A program made the translations under genes and the position numbers. The notes beneath the pieces are model-generated. The model was not told the DNA's origin and did no database searches. It saw nothing but the letters and a program-made list of their open reading frames with translations. Shown piece by piece: positions 7,604 to 18,805 of a DNA stretch of 51,355 nucleotides (positions are counted from its first letter, which is position 1; each line of letters opens with the position of its first letter). The stretch is taken from sequence record SRR31156797_647; one strand, 5' to 3'.

Positions 7604-10036
7604 ATGAAAGTTATAAAATTTGGAGGAAGCTCGGTTGCTAATGCAGAAAATTGCAAACGGGTAATGGAAATCATTAAGCAGAATAATGAGAGCTGTAAGC
7701 AAGTTGTAGTTGTGTCGGCTTTTGGCGGAGTTACAGATGATTTGGAACGATGCATTAATTTGTCTTGTGATCGAAACAAAGGTTACGAGCAGGCTTTACA
7801 TGATGTGAAAAATAGGCACTTTGATGTTATTCAAGAATTGAATTTATCAGATAAGGTTTGTGATACTGTAAAAATCAAGTTTAACGAACTTGAGGAAGTT
7901 TTAAAGGGTGTCTATTTACTTCAGGATATTTCGGAGAAAGTACGAAATACTGTTATGGGTTCTGGTGAGTTGTTGTCAGCTGTAATTATTTCAGAATATC
8001 TTAAGGTGTCAGGAATTGAGGCTATTTATTGTGATTCTAGAGAGTTTATTAAAACTCAAAATGGTAAGGGAGTTTATCTAAATAATGAACAAACCAATCG
8101 GAATCTTGAAATAATTAAGGATAAGGATTTTGATGTTGCGGTTTTTCCTGGTTTTATTGCATCGGGACAGAAAGGTGAAATGACTCTTTTAGGACGAGGA
8201 GGATCGGATTATACCGCTGCAATATTAGCTGCAGGTTTAAGTTGTTCTGAACTTGAGATTTGGACCGATGTGAGTGGTATGTATAATGCTGATCCGAGAT
8301 TGGTATCGCAAGCTAAGCCAATCAAGAGAATGTCTTTTCAGGAAGCCATGGAACTTTCCCATTTTGGAGCAAAGGTTATTTATCCTCCTACATTGATTCC
8401 AGTGGTTCAGAATCAGATTAATGTTCGAATAAAAAATACTTTTGCACCAAAGGATGAAGGAACTTTAATAAGTAAAACTCCTGGCGAGATTCGTTCCGTT
8501 GTTAGAGGATTATCTTCTGTAAATAATATCAACTTGTTTACTTTATCTGGTAGTGGTATGGTTGGGATAAGTGGTTTTGCATCTCGATTTTTTACTTGTT
8601 TGGCTCTAAGTAAAATTAATGTTGTTCTTATTACTCAGGCATCTTCGGAGCATAGCATAAGTGTTGGAATTCATAAGGATGATTCGGAACAGGCAATTGA
8701 AGCAGTTCGTGATGAGTTTGCTATGGAGATTAAAATGAACTTGGTAAATGATCCGGGAGTTGAGGAAGACCTTTCTATCGTTGCCATTGTTGGTGAGGAT
8801 ATGGGATTTACACCGGGAATATCAGGTAAAGTGTTTAGTGTTTTAGGTAAGAATGGTGTAAACATTCGTGCTATGGCTCAAGGTGGAAACGAAATGAACT
8901 TAACTTTTATGGTTCCAACAAAGGATATCAAGAAAGTTTTGAATGTTATTCATGAGGAATTTTTCGATACCACTTATAAAAAGGTAAATCTGTATATCGC
9001 TGGAGTTGGAAATGTTGGAAGTAAACTACTTGAATTCATTAAAAATCAATATGATTTTTTAATAGAGGAAAAGGGAATACAGTTAATTGTTCGCGGAATT
9101 AGCAATAGTAGAAAAATGTACTTTTCTGATGACGAAAAATTACTAGTGAATTGGTCTGAAAAATTGAATGACAAAGGTGAGGTAGCCGATTTGCAAAAAT
9201 TTGTTCAAAGAATGGATCAGGCAAACCTACGCAATAGCGTTTTTGTTGATATTACAGCAAGTGAACATGTTAGTAAAATTTACCAGCAAGTTTTAAATTC
9301 AACAGTTTCTATTGTTGCTTGTAACAAGATTGCAGCATCTTCAGATTTTGAAAATTATAAAAGAATTAAAATGGCGGCTAAAAAGCACAACGTTGAATTC
9401 ATGTTTGAAAGTAATGTTGGAGCTGGTTTGCCCGTAATAAATACGATCAATAACTTGATTGATACTGGCGATAAAATTGTTGGCATTGATGCGGTAGTTT
9501 CTGGAAGTTTAAATTTTATCATGAATGAATTTAATAATGGTAAATCCTTTCCTGAGGCAGTTAAAATGGCAATGGAACAAGGATTTACTGAACCGGATCC
9601 TAAGATTGATTTAAGTGGTATGGATGTGCTCAGAAAATTATTGATTTTATCGAGAGAAGCTGGTTATCCGTTGGAGGTAGAAGATGTGGAACATCAGCCT
9701 ATGATTCCTGAATCGTGTTTAAACGGAAGTACTACAGAAGAGTTATTGAAAGATTTGGAAGCAAATAACGATTACTTTGAAGGATGGCGAAAGGTGATGA
9801 CGGAGAAAAATATTCGATATCGATACATTGCTTCATTTAAAGATGGCAAAGCAAATGTTGGCATGAAGGAGGTAACTCCGGATCATCCATTCTATGATAT
9901 TCATGGAAAAGACAATGTTATTTCATTGAATACAACTTGGTATGATGATCAACCTTTAATTGTGAAAGGTGCAGGGGCTGGAGCAGAGGTGACTGCTTGT
10001 GGTATTTTTGGCGATATCATTAGAATAAGTAGCTAA
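7604..10036 (+). CDS. thrA: bifunctional aspartokinase/homoserine dehydrogenase
   Basis: KFGGSS, LGRGGSD, two ACT domains, GVGNVG and VGAGLP motifs. Confidence 0.96.
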   Translation: MKVIKFGGSSVANAENCKRVMEIIKQNNESCKQVVVVSAFGGVTDDLERCINLSCDRNKGYEQALHDVKNRHFDVIQELNLSDKVCDTVKIKFNELEEVLKGVYLLQDISEKVRNTVMGSGELLSAVIISEYLKVSGIEAIYCDSREFIKTQNGKGVYLNNEQTNRNLEIIKDKDFDVAVFPGFIASGQKGEMTLLGRGGSDYTAAILAAGLSCSELEIWTDVSGMYNADPRLVSQAKPIKRMSFQEAMELSHFGAKVIYPPTLIPVVQNQINVRIKNTFAPKDEGTLISKTPGEIRSVVRGLSSVNNINLFTLSGSGMVGISGFASRFFTCLALSKINVVLITQASSEHSISVGIHKDDSEQAIEAVRDEFAMEIKMNLVNDPGVEEDLSIVAIVGEDMGFTPGISGKVFSVLGKNGVNIRAMAQGGNEMNLTFMVPTKDIKKVLNVIHEEFFDTTYKKVNLYIAGVGNVGSKLLEFIKNQYDFLIEEKGIQLIVRGISNSRKMYFSDDEKLLVNWSEKLNDKGEVADLQKFVQRMDQANLRNSVFVDITASEHVSKIYQQVLNSTVSIVACNKIAASSDFENYKRIKMAAKKHNVEFMFESNVGAGLPVINTINNLIDTGDKIVGIDAVVSGSLNFIMNEFNNGKSFPEAVKMAMEQGFTEPDPKIDLSGMDVLRKLLILSREAGYPLEVEDVEHQPMIPESCLNGSTTEELLKDLEANNDYFEGWRKVMTEKNIRYRYIASFKDGKANVGMKEVTPDHPFYDIHGKDNVISLNTTWYDDQPLIVKGAGAGAEVTACGIFGDIIRISS

Positions 10037-10114
10037 TTGCCTGTTATCTTAGAAAATAAAGTAATTTAAAAATATAGCTGGAAGTTAATTGCTTACAGCA
10101 AAAATCTGAAATAC

Positions 10115-11041
10115 ATGTCAGAATCAGTAAAAGTTTTTGCCCCGGGTAGCGTTTCTAACGTTGGTTGTGGTTTCGATATATTAGGATTTGCCATCGATGG
10201 GGTGGGAGATGAGATGGTAGTTAAAAAAAATGATAAAAAGGAGATCGTAATTGCTCCTGTTAACGGATATGAGAATTTACCAACCGATCCAAAGAAGAAT
10301 GTTGCAGGAGTTGCAATTCAGGCACTTCTTGATGATTTGAAGAGTGATCAGGGCTTTGATATTGAAATTGTAAAAAACATTAAGCCTGGAAGTGGAATAG
10401 GATCGAGTGCGGCAAGCGCAGCAGGAGCCGTTGTAGCAGTAAATGAATTGTTGGGAAATCCTTATAGCAGAATAGACTTGGTCGATTTTGCTATGAAAGG
10501 AGAGGAAGTTGCTTCGGGAGATGTTCATGCCGACAATGCAGCGCCAGCTACTTTAGGTGGTTTCTGTTTAATTCGCGGATATAATCCATTGGATGTAATC
10601 CATATTCAGCCGCCTAAAGATTTGTGGTGTGTTGTTATTCATCCACAAATTGAGATAAAAACAAAAGAATCGCGTGAGTTATTATCTCCAGAGGTTCCTT
10701 TGAAAAAGGCAATTCGCCAATGGGGAAATGTGGCGGGTTTAATGTCGGGATTGTATACCTCAAACTATGAGTTAATAGGAAGATCATTAGAAGATCATAT
10801 TGTAGAGCCACAAAGAAAGGTTTTAATTCCTGAATTCGATGAATTGAAACTTTCAGTAATGGAGGCTGGTGCATTGGGCTGTTCTATTTCTGGTTCAGGA
10901 CCATCGGTTTTTGCTTTGGCTGAAGGGAAAGATTCTGCTGATGTAATTGCATCGGTAATGGATACTGTTTATAGAAAAACAGAATTGGACTACAAGATAT
11001 ATGTGTCCAAAGTTAGTGATGGAGGAGTGAAAGTTTTATAA
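10115..11041 (+). CDS. thrB: homoserine kinase
   Basis: GHMP motif PGSGIGSSAAS; HADN; SGSGPS. Confidence 0.95.
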   Translation: MSESVKVFAPGSVSNVGCGFDILGFAIDGVGDEMVVKKNDKKEIVIAPVNGYENLPTDPKKNVAGVAIQALLDDLKSDQGFDIEIVKNIKPGSGIGSSAASAAGAVVAVNELLGNPYSRIDLVDFAMKGEEVASGDVHADNAAPATLGGFCLIRGYNPLDVIHIQPPKDLWCVVIHPQIEIKTKESRELLSPEVPLKKAIRQWGNVAGLMSGLYTSNYELIGRSLEDHIVEPQRKVLIPEFDELKLSVMEAGALGCSISGSGPSVFALAEGKDSADVIASVMDTVYRKTELDYKIYVSKVSDGGVKVL

Positions 11042-11067
11042 AAGTGGTATCCTGAAAAGAAAGAACA

Positions 11068-12363
11068 ATGAAATATTTTAGTACAAATAATAAAGATTTA
11101 CGATGCGGATTTAAAGAAGCAGTAATAAAAGGACTGGCTCCTGATAAAGGTTTATTTTTCCCAATATCAATACCAAAATTAGAGAAAGAGTTTTTCGATA
11201 ATTTGCCAGGAATGAGCATGGCAGAAATAGGTTTTGAGGTGGCGAAGCATTTTGTTGGTGAGGACATCAGCCACGAAGAACTAAAAAATATAACAGAAGA
11301 AGTGTTTAATTTTCCTATTCCTTTGGTTAAAATAGAGGAGGGGATTCATAGCTTAGAGTTGTTTCACGGACCAACTTGTGCCTTTAAGGATGTAGGAGCA
11401 AGGTTTATGAGCCGTTGCTTAAGTGCATTTGCAAAACAAAACAAGGAGGATATTACCATTCTTGTTGCCACATCAGGAGATACAGGAAGTGCTGTGGCGA
11501 AAGGATTTCTTGGAGTAGAAGGCGTAAGTGTTATCATACTTTATCCAAAAGGAAAGGTTAGTAAAATTCAGGAGCAACAGTTGACTACAATGGGTCAAAA
11601 TATTTCTGCACTTGAGGTTGATGGTACATTCGATGATTGTCAGGCTTTGGTAAAACAAGCCTTTGCCGATGAGGATCTAAATAAAAAAATGAAGCTTACA
11701 TCGGCTAATTCGATTAATATAGCCCGATTGCTTCCACAGAGTTTTTACTATTTCTATATATTGGCTCAGCTACAGAATCGCGATAAGGATATTGTTGTGT
11801 CGGTACCAAGTGGAAATTATGGAAATTTAACGGGTGGATTGTTGGCTAAACAAATGGGACTGCCTATAAGGAGCTTTGTGGCTTCGGCGAATAAGAATAA
11901 GGTTGTACCTGATTATTTAGAGCATGGAAATTATGAGCCGAAAGAATCAGTCCAAACCATTTCGAATGCTATGGATGTGGGAGCACCAAGTAATTTTGCC
12001 CGAATGATGGAACTGTATCGAGAAGAGCATTTCGAAATTATTAAAGATATTAAAGGAGCTTGGTTTTCTGATCAAGAAACAGAAAAGGTAATGTCTGAAG
12101 TTTATTGCAATTATAAGTACATTTTAGATCCTCATGGAGCAGTTGGCTATCTTGGATTGAAAAAGCACATCAATAAAGAGAGTGAGATTGGTGTCTTTTT
12201 GGAGACGGCACATCCTGCTAAATTTAAGGATACAGTGGAAAAAGCAATAGATGTGGAGGTGGAAATTCCAACATATTTGAAAGAATGTCTTCAGAAGGAA
12301 AAAAAAAGTATTCTGATTGGAAGGGAGTATTCTGACCTCAAAAACCAATTATTAAATAGTTAA
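11068..12363 (+). CDS. thrC: threonine synthase
   Basis: LELFHGPTCAFKD, ATSGDTG, PSGNYGN and TAHPAKF motifs. Confidence 0.96.
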   Translation: MKYFSTNNKDLRCGFKEAVIKGLAPDKGLFFPISIPKLEKEFFDNLPGMSMAEIGFEVAKHFVGEDISHEELKNITEEVFNFPIPLVKIEEGIHSLELFHGPTCAFKDVGARFMSRCLSAFAKQNKEDITILVATSGDTGSAVAKGFLGVEGVSVIILYPKGKVSKIQEQQLTTMGQNISALEVDGTFDDCQALVKQAFADEDLNKKMKLTSANSINIARLLPQSFYYFYILAQLQNRDKDIVVSVPSGNYGNLTGGLLAKQMGLPIRSFVASANKNKVVPDYLEHGNYEPKESVQTISNAMDVGAPSNFARMMELYREEHFEIIKDIKGAWFSDQETEKVMSEVYCNYKYILDPHGAVGYLGLKKHINKESEIGVFLETAHPAKFKDTVEKAIDVEVEIPTYLKECLQKEKKSILIGREYSDLKNQLLNS

Positions 12364-12381
12364 TATGATATTGGATAAGAT

Positions 12382-12414
12382 CAAAAGTAAGGAATTTGCT
12401 TACTCTTTGTTTTT
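12382..12414 (+). terminator. weak intrinsic terminator after thrC
   Basis: Imperfect CAAAAGTAAG/CTTACTCTTTG stem plus a T run. Confidence 0.45.
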
Positions 12415-12699
12415 CAATTATATGAGAACATGTTTAATAGTCTGATGAAATGTGAAGAGTTGTGTAAAAGGCTTGTAGTGAATGGTTAAGGAGTTTTTGT
12501 TTGAGTTTTTGTTGATTGTTTTAATTGGGAAACGCTTGTCGTAAATTGTATTGAGTTAAATTAATTGTTGAGATAAATTCTGTTATGATTTAATAAATAA
12601 TCCTGTTTCATACATTAAAAGGGACTTTTATAAAAAAGGACCTGATTATTATGTTGATATTTGCAAAATAGATTTTTTAATATTTTTTCCTAACTGAAA

Positions 12700-12730
12700 T
12701 TTGCAAACGTTCAGAAATCCTTTATATTTG
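12700..12730 (+). promoter_or_regulatory. -33/-7 promoter for HU
   Basis: TTTG (12700-12703), 19-nt spacer, TATATTTG (12723-12730). Confidence 0.7.
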
Positions 12731-12781
12731 TATATGATTCAAATTTAAAAGCATTTTTTAACCCTAAAATTTTATAAAGTT

Positions 12782-13054
12782 ATGAACAAAGCTCAATTAA
12801 TTGATGCAATTGCTAGCAAAGCTGGTTTGACTAAAGCTGATTCTAAAAAAGCATTAGATGCTTTTATCGAAACTACAACTGAAGCATTAAAAGGCGACGA
12901 TAGAGTAGCTCTTGTAGGATTCGGTTCTTTTTCAGTTTCAAAGCGTGATGCTAGAACTGGTAGAAATCCACAAACTGGTAAGCCAATTAATATTCCAGCT
13001 AAAAAGGTTATTAAATTTAAGGCTGGTTCAGAATTAGCTGACTCTGTACAATAG
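12782..13054 (+). CDS. hup: DNA-binding protein HU
   Basis: MNKAQLI, GFGSF and RTGRNPQTG motifs. Confidence 0.97.
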   Translation: MNKAQLIDAIASKAGLTKADSKKALDAFIETTTEALKGDDRVALVGFGSFSVSKRDARTGRNPQTGKPINIPAKKVIKFKAGSELADSVQ

Positions 13055-13077
13055 ATAATTGTAAGTCAAAAGAAATT

Positions 13078-13107
13078 GAGGGGGTGTAGCAATACCTCCT
13101 TTTTTTT
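13078..13107 (+). terminator. intrinsic terminator after hup
   Basis: GGGGTGT-AGCA-ATACCTC hairpin followed by a T run. Confidence 0.75.
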
Positions 13108-13125
13108 ATACCCTAAATTTTGAGA

Positions 13126-13815
13126 ATGGAAAAACAACAACTAATCGAATCAGTTCGTTTTCTTGAACAATTTACAACAGAGCGTCGATTGGATCTAATC
13201 GACAAAAATATCTGTAACAGGACGAAGTACATTACTGTTGTCCTGGAGAATATTTTCCAGCCTCAAAATGCTAGTGCAGTCATTCGATCCTGTGATTGTT
13301 TCGGAATCCAGGATTTGCATGTGATAGAAAATTCGAATGAGTACACCTTAAATCCAGAAGTGGTTATGGGCTCCTCAAAATGGGTTGACCTGCATAGACA
13401 TAATGCTAAAGAAGAAAATACCTTAGACACGATAATAAGCCTAAAAAAACAAGGATATAGAATCGTAGCAACTACTCCCCATACAAATGATGTATTGTTG
13501 CCCGATTTTGATTTGCAAAAAGGGAAATCTGCATTCTTTTTTGGAACTGAATTAACAGGTTTGTCCGATGTTGTTATGGATAATGCTGATGAATTTGTGA
13601 AGATTCCCATGTATGGTTTTACCGAGAGTTTTAATATTTCGGTATCAGCGGCCTTAGTCTTAAATCATTTGTCTACCGAAATTAGAAGAACAAAGGTAAA
13701 TTGGGAACTGAGTGAGGTGGAAAAACTAGAATTGAAATTAGAATGGTTAAAAAAAACAGTCCGATCTGGAGATAAAATGATTCAGGAGTTTATTCTTCGA
13801 AATAAAAGCATTTGA
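13126..13815 (+). CDS. trmH: TrmH/SpoU-family tRNA 2'-O-methyltransferase
   Basis: SPOUT motifs NASAVIRSCD, FGTELTG and IPMYGFTESFNISV. ATG at 13126 preferred. Confidence 0.85.
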   Translation: MEKQQLIESVRFLEQFTTERRLDLIDKNICNRTKYITVVLENIFQPQNASAVIRSCDCFGIQDLHVIENSNEYTLNPEVVMGSSKWVDLHRHNAKEENTLDTIISLKKQGYRIVATTPHTNDVLLPDFDLQKGKSAFFFGTELTGLSDVVMDNADEFVKIPMYGFTESFNISVSAALVLNHLSTEIRRTKVNWELSEVEKLELKLEWLKKTVRSGDKMIQEFILRNKSI

Positions 13816-13978
13816 TTTAAAGGATTTTGGTGTTTTTAAGCCTGGGATTTTAAAGCAGTGAATATTTTTGGAAAATATTTCGGAAATGGTAAAAAGATTG
13901 TTATTTTTGATGAAGACAATATTACTGTAGATAAATAAAATTTATTCCCTTTTTCTGGACTTTAAATAATCCCACTAT

Positions 13979-14686
13979 ATGAATTGTGTTGTAATAGATG
14001 ATGATAAACTTTCGAGAAAGGTAGTTGAAAGTTACATTGAAAGAACTGATTTTTTAACTTTTGGAGCATCTTATCCAAGTGCGATTGATGCAATTAATAA
14101 CATAAAGAAAAACGAGCCCGTAGACTTAATTTTTCTGGATATTGAAATGCCGGAAATGAGTGGGATGGAGTTTTTAAATAGCTTGAATACTACTCCTCAA
14201 ATCATTATTATATCGTCAAAAGAGCAATATGCTCTTGAAGCATTCGAATATGATGTTACTGATTATCTTTTGAAACCGATTAGCTATAGTCGATTTTTTA
14301 AAGCTGTAAGTAAAGCTAATAAGCGCTATAAGAATAGTGTAGGCTTTGTTCAGGATAAGAATGAAATTTTTATCAAGAGCAATTCATCATTGGTTCGTTT
14401 GAATTATGATGATATTTTATGGATTGAAGCCTTAGAGAATTATGTAGTAGTGAATACTTATCAAGAGAAGTATACAATTCACTTTACAATGAAGGCAATT
14501 GAAGAGAAAATGCCAGCTGCAAGATTTTCAAGAATTCACAGATCTTACATTGTAAATCTTAGCAAAATTGAAATGATTGAAGACAATTCTGTTGTAATTG
14601 AAACAGATGGAGGTCCTAAATCAATTCCAATTGGTAAATCTTATCGCGATAAATTAATGGGTGATATTAATTTAATGACCCGATAG
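13979..14686 (+). CDS. LytR/AlgR (LytTR) response regulator
   Basis: Receiver motifs (IDDD, FLDIEMP, YLLKP) and LytTR motif RIHRSYIVN. Confidence 0.93.
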   Translation: MNCVVIDDDKLSRKVVESYIERTDFLTFGASYPSAIDAINNIKKNEPVDLIFLDIEMPEMSGMEFLNSLNTTPQIIIISSKEQYALEAFEYDVTDYLLKPISYSRFFKAVSKANKRYKNSVGFVQDKNEIFIKSNSSLVRLNYDDILWIEALENYVVVNTYQEKYTIHFTMKAIEEKMPAARFSRIHRSYIVNLSKIEMIEDNSVVIETDGGPKSIPIGKSYRDKLMGDINLMTR

Positions 14687-14738
14687 TTTTTTAATAGCAG
14701 GATTTTTGTGAATTTTGTATTCAATAAAAATTCTGGAT

Positions 14739-15932
14739 ATGATTACCAATCGACAATTATTTCTACAACATGTAGCAACAACCTCTGATTTTCCAATTGC
14801 TTTGGAAATTGAAAGAGCCGAAGGAATATATATGTACGACCCGAGCGGGAAGCCTTATTTGGATCTCGTTTCGGGCGTTTCTGTTAGTAACCTGGGACAC
14901 GGACACCCTCGTGTTCGTCAGGCTGTAAAAGATCAGGTAGATAAATATATGCACTTAATGGTGTATGGTGAATTTATCGAAACACCGCAGGTTAAGCTAG
15001 CCAAACTACTTACCGATAATCTTCCTGAGAGTTTGAACTCTGTTTATTTTGTGAATTCAGGAAGTGAAGCCAACGAAGGAGCATTAAAATTAGCAAAACG
15101 TTATACAGGGCGTTCAGAAATCATTCATTTTACAAGAGCGTATCACGGAAGTACACATGGTGCTCTAAGTGTATTATGTGATGAAGAAATGAAAAATGCA
15201 TTTCGTCCATTATTGCCGGATGTTCGAATGATCGAATTCGATAATATGGAACATTTGGATCAGATCACTGAAAAAACTGCATGTGTAATTTTAGAACCGA
15301 TTCAGTCTGAAGGGGGAATGATTATTCCTTCGAAAGAATACATTCAAGCTTTACGTGCACGTTGTACAGAGAAAGGAGTTTTGCTAATTTTCGATGAAGT
15401 ACAGATGGGCTTTGGACGAACGGGTAAGCTGTTTGCTTTTGAGCATTTTGATGTAGTTCCGGATATCTTGTGTTTGGCAAAAGCAATGGGTGGTGGAATG
15501 CCGGTAGGAGCTTTTATTTCGGATAAGAAAATATTAGATTCTTTTAAATCGAATCCAATGTTGGGGCACATAACAACTTTCGGTGGACATCCGGTTTGTT
15601 GTGCTGCAGCACATGCCTCATTAGAGGTTTTATTAGAGGAGAATTTAGTAGCAGATGTTCAGAGAAAAGGGGAGCTTTTTGTTGAATTGTTGAAAGAACA
15701 TCCTATGGTAAAAGGATTCCGTCAACTGGGGCTTTTTGTTGCTGTTGTCGTTGAATCTAAAGAAATTATGCTTGAAATAATGAAAGAAGCATATGAAATT
15801 GGAGTGGTTATGGATGCCTTTCTATTTTGTGACGATGCTTATCGAATTGCACCTCCATTGAATATTACGGACGAAGAAATTCACCATGCTGCCAATTTAC
15901 TAATTCAGGCAATGGATAAGGTTAACAAATAA
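14739..15932 (+). CDS. class III PLP aminotransferase (acetylornithine aminotransferase-like)
   Basis: NSGSEANE, EPIQSEGG, FDEVQMGFGRTG and AKAMGGG motifs. ATG at 14739. Confidence 0.88.
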   Translation: MITNRQLFLQHVATTSDFPIALEIERAEGIYMYDPSGKPYLDLVSGVSVSNLGHGHPRVRQAVKDQVDKYMHLMVYGEFIETPQVKLAKLLTDNLPESLNSVYFVNSGSEANEGALKLAKRYTGRSEIIHFTRAYHGSTHGALSVLCDEEMKNAFRPLLPDVRMIEFDNMEHLDQITEKTACVILEPIQSEGGMIIPSKEYIQALRARCTEKGVLLIFDEVQMGFGRTGKLFAFEHFDVVPDILCLAKAMGGGMPVGAFISDKKILDSFKSNPMLGHITTFGGHPVCCAAAHASLEVLLEENLVADVQRKGELFVELLKEHPMVKGFRQLGLFVAVVVESKEIMLEIMKEAYEIGVVMDAFLFCDDAYRIAPPLNITDEEIHHAANLLIQAMDKVNK

Positions 15933-15935
15933 ATT

Positions 15936-16745
15936 ATGCGATCTTCAATTCTTCTTATTCTACTTTTATCGGTTTCATTCTTTGGAACTGCTCAATCAGA
16001 TTTAGTCAATTTTGAAACAGAGACAAAGCAGCTGTTTGAACAATTGCAATTGGCTCAATCAGATTCAATTAAATTGAAAATTTGCGATCAGATAGAGGAT
16101 GGATTTGAACAGATATTGAATCAAAAAGAAAGTTTTGACTACCCATTTTCTAAGCTTGATAAAATGGGTAAGTTAACTTCCCCAGATAATTTGTTTAGAA
16201 TTTACAATTGGAACTGTGTACTTTCTAATGGAAGCTATCGTTATTATGGGCTTTTACAATTGGTGAAAAAAGGAAAATCAGAAGTGATTCTTCTAAAGGA
16301 CAATCGTGTTGATGCCAGTATGTTTACAAATCAAACCGAGGAAAATTGGTCTGGTGCGTTGTATTATAAAATTATTCCATTTAAATCGAAAGGGGCAAAT
16401 ACATATTTGCTTTTAGGCTGGGATGGAAATAATTATTCAACAAATAAGAAGCTGATTGAAGTTTTAAGCATTGATAAAAAGAATAATATTCAGTTTGGAA
16501 AAGCATTGATTTCCTGGCGAGGTAAAATGCTGAATAGAGTTGTGTTTGAATATGCCCAACAGGCAAGCATGACCATTCAGTATATTGAGAAAGAGAAGAA
16601 ATTGGTATTTGATCATTTGGCTCCCTCACTTCCGGTTTATGAGAACCAATTTGAATATTATGGACCCGATTTTTCTTACGATGCCTTGGTGCTTAAAAAA
16701 GGAATTTGGGAGTTAAAAGAGAATATTGACATTAGAAATAAATAG
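15936..16745 (+). CDS. secreted conserved hypothetical protein
   Basis: Signal peptide; 269-aa ORF tightly coupled to both neighbours. Confidence 0.7.
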   Translation: MRSSILLILLLSVSFFGTAQSDLVNFETETKQLFEQLQLAQSDSIKLKICDQIEDGFEQILNQKESFDYPFSKLDKMGKLTSPDNLFRIYNWNCVLSNGSYRYYGLLQLVKKGKSEVILLKDNRVDASMFTNQTEENWSGALYYKIIPFKSKGANTYLLLGWDGNNYSTNKKLIEVLSIDKKNNIQFGKALISWRGKMLNRVVFEYAQQASMTIQYIEKEKKLVFDHLAPSLPVYENQFEYYGPDFSYDALVLKKGIWELKENIDIRNK

Positions 16746-16749
16746 AAAT

Positions 16750-18714
16750 ATGAACGAATCATTTAAATATCAAACCGAACAGTTTGCTGATATCAAAATA
16801 TTAAGATATCAGGTTCCTGGATTTGAGGAATTGAGTTTGCGCCAGAAGGAGTTGATTTACTATTTGGCTGAAGCAGCTCGTTGTGGAAGAGATATTTTAT
16901 TCGATCAAAACAATAAATACAACCTTAGCATAAGAAGAACTTTAGAAGCAATTTTGAAGTCATATGATGGAGATAGAGATTGTGACGAGTTTAACCAGTT
17001 TGTGGTCTATGCCAAAAGAGTTTGGTTCTCAAACGGAATTCATCATCATTATTCAATGGATAAGTTTCTTCCTGAATTCGATGAAGAATATTTTGGAGAA
17101 TTATTAGCGAATACGAATTCTGAATTGCTGCCCTTAGGGGATAATGAGGATGTAGTTGATCTAATGACACGTTTGGTTCCAGTTATTTTTGATGAGCAAG
17201 TAGCTAATAAGCGTGTGGTATTAAATCCGGATATGGATTTGATAGCAGATTCTGCAAACAACTATTACGAAGGTGTTACTCAGGCTGAAGTTGAAGCCCA
17301 TTATGAAAATGCTGAGAAGGGCGATCCGGAAAGACCTCTTTCTGCAGGATTAAACTCCAAATTACTTAAGGAAGATGGCAAGCTTGTAGAAAAGATCTGG
17401 AAAATTGGAGGAATGTATACAGATGCAATCGAGAAGATTGTGTTTTGGTTAGAGAAAGCGATTGATGTTGCCGATAGTGATTTGCAAAAAGAATCTTTAA
17501 TCAAGCTGGTCGATTTTTACAAAACTGGCGATTTACAAACATTCGATGAATACTCAATTTTATGGGTAAAGGATCTGGATGCTCATGTAGATGTGGTGAA
17601 TGGATTTATTGAAGTTTATGGGGATGCTTTGGCATTTAAAGCAAGCTGGGAATCAGTTGTAAATTTTAAAGATATTGAAGCCACCAAGCGTACCGAAATC
17701 ATTTCGGACAACGCACAATGGTTCGAAGACAATTCACCGGTTGATGAGCGATTTAAAAAAGATGAGGTGAAAGGTGTCAGCGCTAAGGTGATAACAGTTG
17801 CCATGCTAGGAGGAGATTGTCATCCTGCAACACCGATTGGAATTAACTTACCCAATGCCGAGTGGATTCGTAAGGAGCACGGAAGTAAATCGGTAACCAT
17901 TGATAATATTACTCATGCTTATCATCAATCATCGCTAAAAGGGGGAATGATTGAAGAATTTGCTTATAGTGATGAAGAAGTAGCCCGAGCAAAAGAACAT
18001 GGACATTTAGGAGGAAATCTGCATACCGATTTGCATGAATGTTTGGGACATGGTTCAGGTCAGTTATTGCCAGGAGTTGGAATGGATGCTTTGAAAAATT
18101 ACCATTCTACATTAGAGGAAGCAAGAGCAGATTTGTTTGCTCTTTACTATATGATGGATCCTAAAATGTTGGAAATTGGTTTGATGCCAACTCTTGATGT
18201 GGCAAAAGCTGAGTACGATGGATACATGCGAAATGGATTAATGACTCAGTTGACGCGAATCGAATTTGGGAAAGACATAGAGGAATCTCACATGCGAAAC
18301 CGTCAATTAATTGCCAAATGGGTGTTTGAAAAAGGAGAATCAGATAAGGTGGTTGAGAAAGTTACAAAGGATGGGAAAAACTATTTTGTTGTAAATGACT
18401 ATCAGAAATTGAGATCATTGTTTGGAGAATTGCTTGCCGAAGTGCAGCGAATTAAATCTGAAGGAGATTTGGAGGCTGGAAAAGCATTGGTGGAGGATTA
18501 TAGTGTCAAAGTGGATGAAGATCTGCACAAAGAGGTTAAAGAAAGATTCGAAAAACTGAATTTAGCTGCCTATGCCGGCTTTATCAATCCTGATTATCAT
18601 CCTGTATTGGAAGATGGAAAAATAGTAGATGTGAAAATTTCATATCCAATGGATTTTACTGAACAAATGTTGGTATATGGTAAAAAGTATTCTTTTTTGC
18701 CACATATAAATTGA
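16750..18714 (+). CDS. dipeptidyl peptidase III (peptidase family M49)
   Basis: HECLGH and EEARAD zinc motifs; GINLPN. ATG at 16750. Confidence 0.93.
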   Translation: MNESFKYQTEQFADIKILRYQVPGFEELSLRQKELIYYLAEAARCGRDILFDQNNKYNLSIRRTLEAILKSYDGDRDCDEFNQFVVYAKRVWFSNGIHHHYSMDKFLPEFDEEYFGELLANTNSELLPLGDNEDVVDLMTRLVPVIFDEQVANKRVVLNPDMDLIADSANNYYEGVTQAEVEAHYENAEKGDPERPLSAGLNSKLLKEDGKLVEKIWKIGGMYTDAIEKIVFWLEKAIDVADSDLQKESLIKLVDFYKTGDLQTFDEYSILWVKDLDAHVDVVNGFIEVYGDALAFKASWESVVNFKDIEATKRTEIISDNAQWFEDNSPVDERFKKDEVKGVSAKVITVAMLGGDCHPATPIGINLPNAEWIRKEHGSKSVTIDNITHAYHQSSLKGGMIEEFAYSDEEVARAKEHGHLGGNLHTDLHECLGHGSGQLLPGVGMDALKNYHSTLEEARADLFALYYMMDPKMLEIGLMPTLDVAKAEYDGYMRNGLMTQLTRIEFGKDIEESHMRNRQLIAKWVFEKGESDKVVEKVTKDGKNYFVVNDYQKLRSLFGELLAEVQRIKSEGDLEAGKALVEDYSVKVDEDLHKEVKERFEKLNLAAYAGFINPDYHPVLEDGKIVDVKISYPMDFTEQMLVYGKKYSFLPHIN

Positions 18715-18769
18715 ACCTAAACAACATGTTTTACTACAAAGAGTAAGAAAGAATTTCACGAAGATACAC

Positions 18770-18805
18770 AAAGGGCTTTTACTATTAGTAAAGGCTCTTT
18801 TTTAT
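18770..18805 (+). terminator. intrinsic terminator after DPP III
   Basis: AAAGGGCTTTTACT-ATT-AGTAAAGGCTCTTT stem plus a T run. Confidence 0.8.

Noticed and set aside
18034-18051. HECLGH instead of HELLGH in DPP III
   Set aside because: A known variant in Bacteroides-type M49 peptidases.
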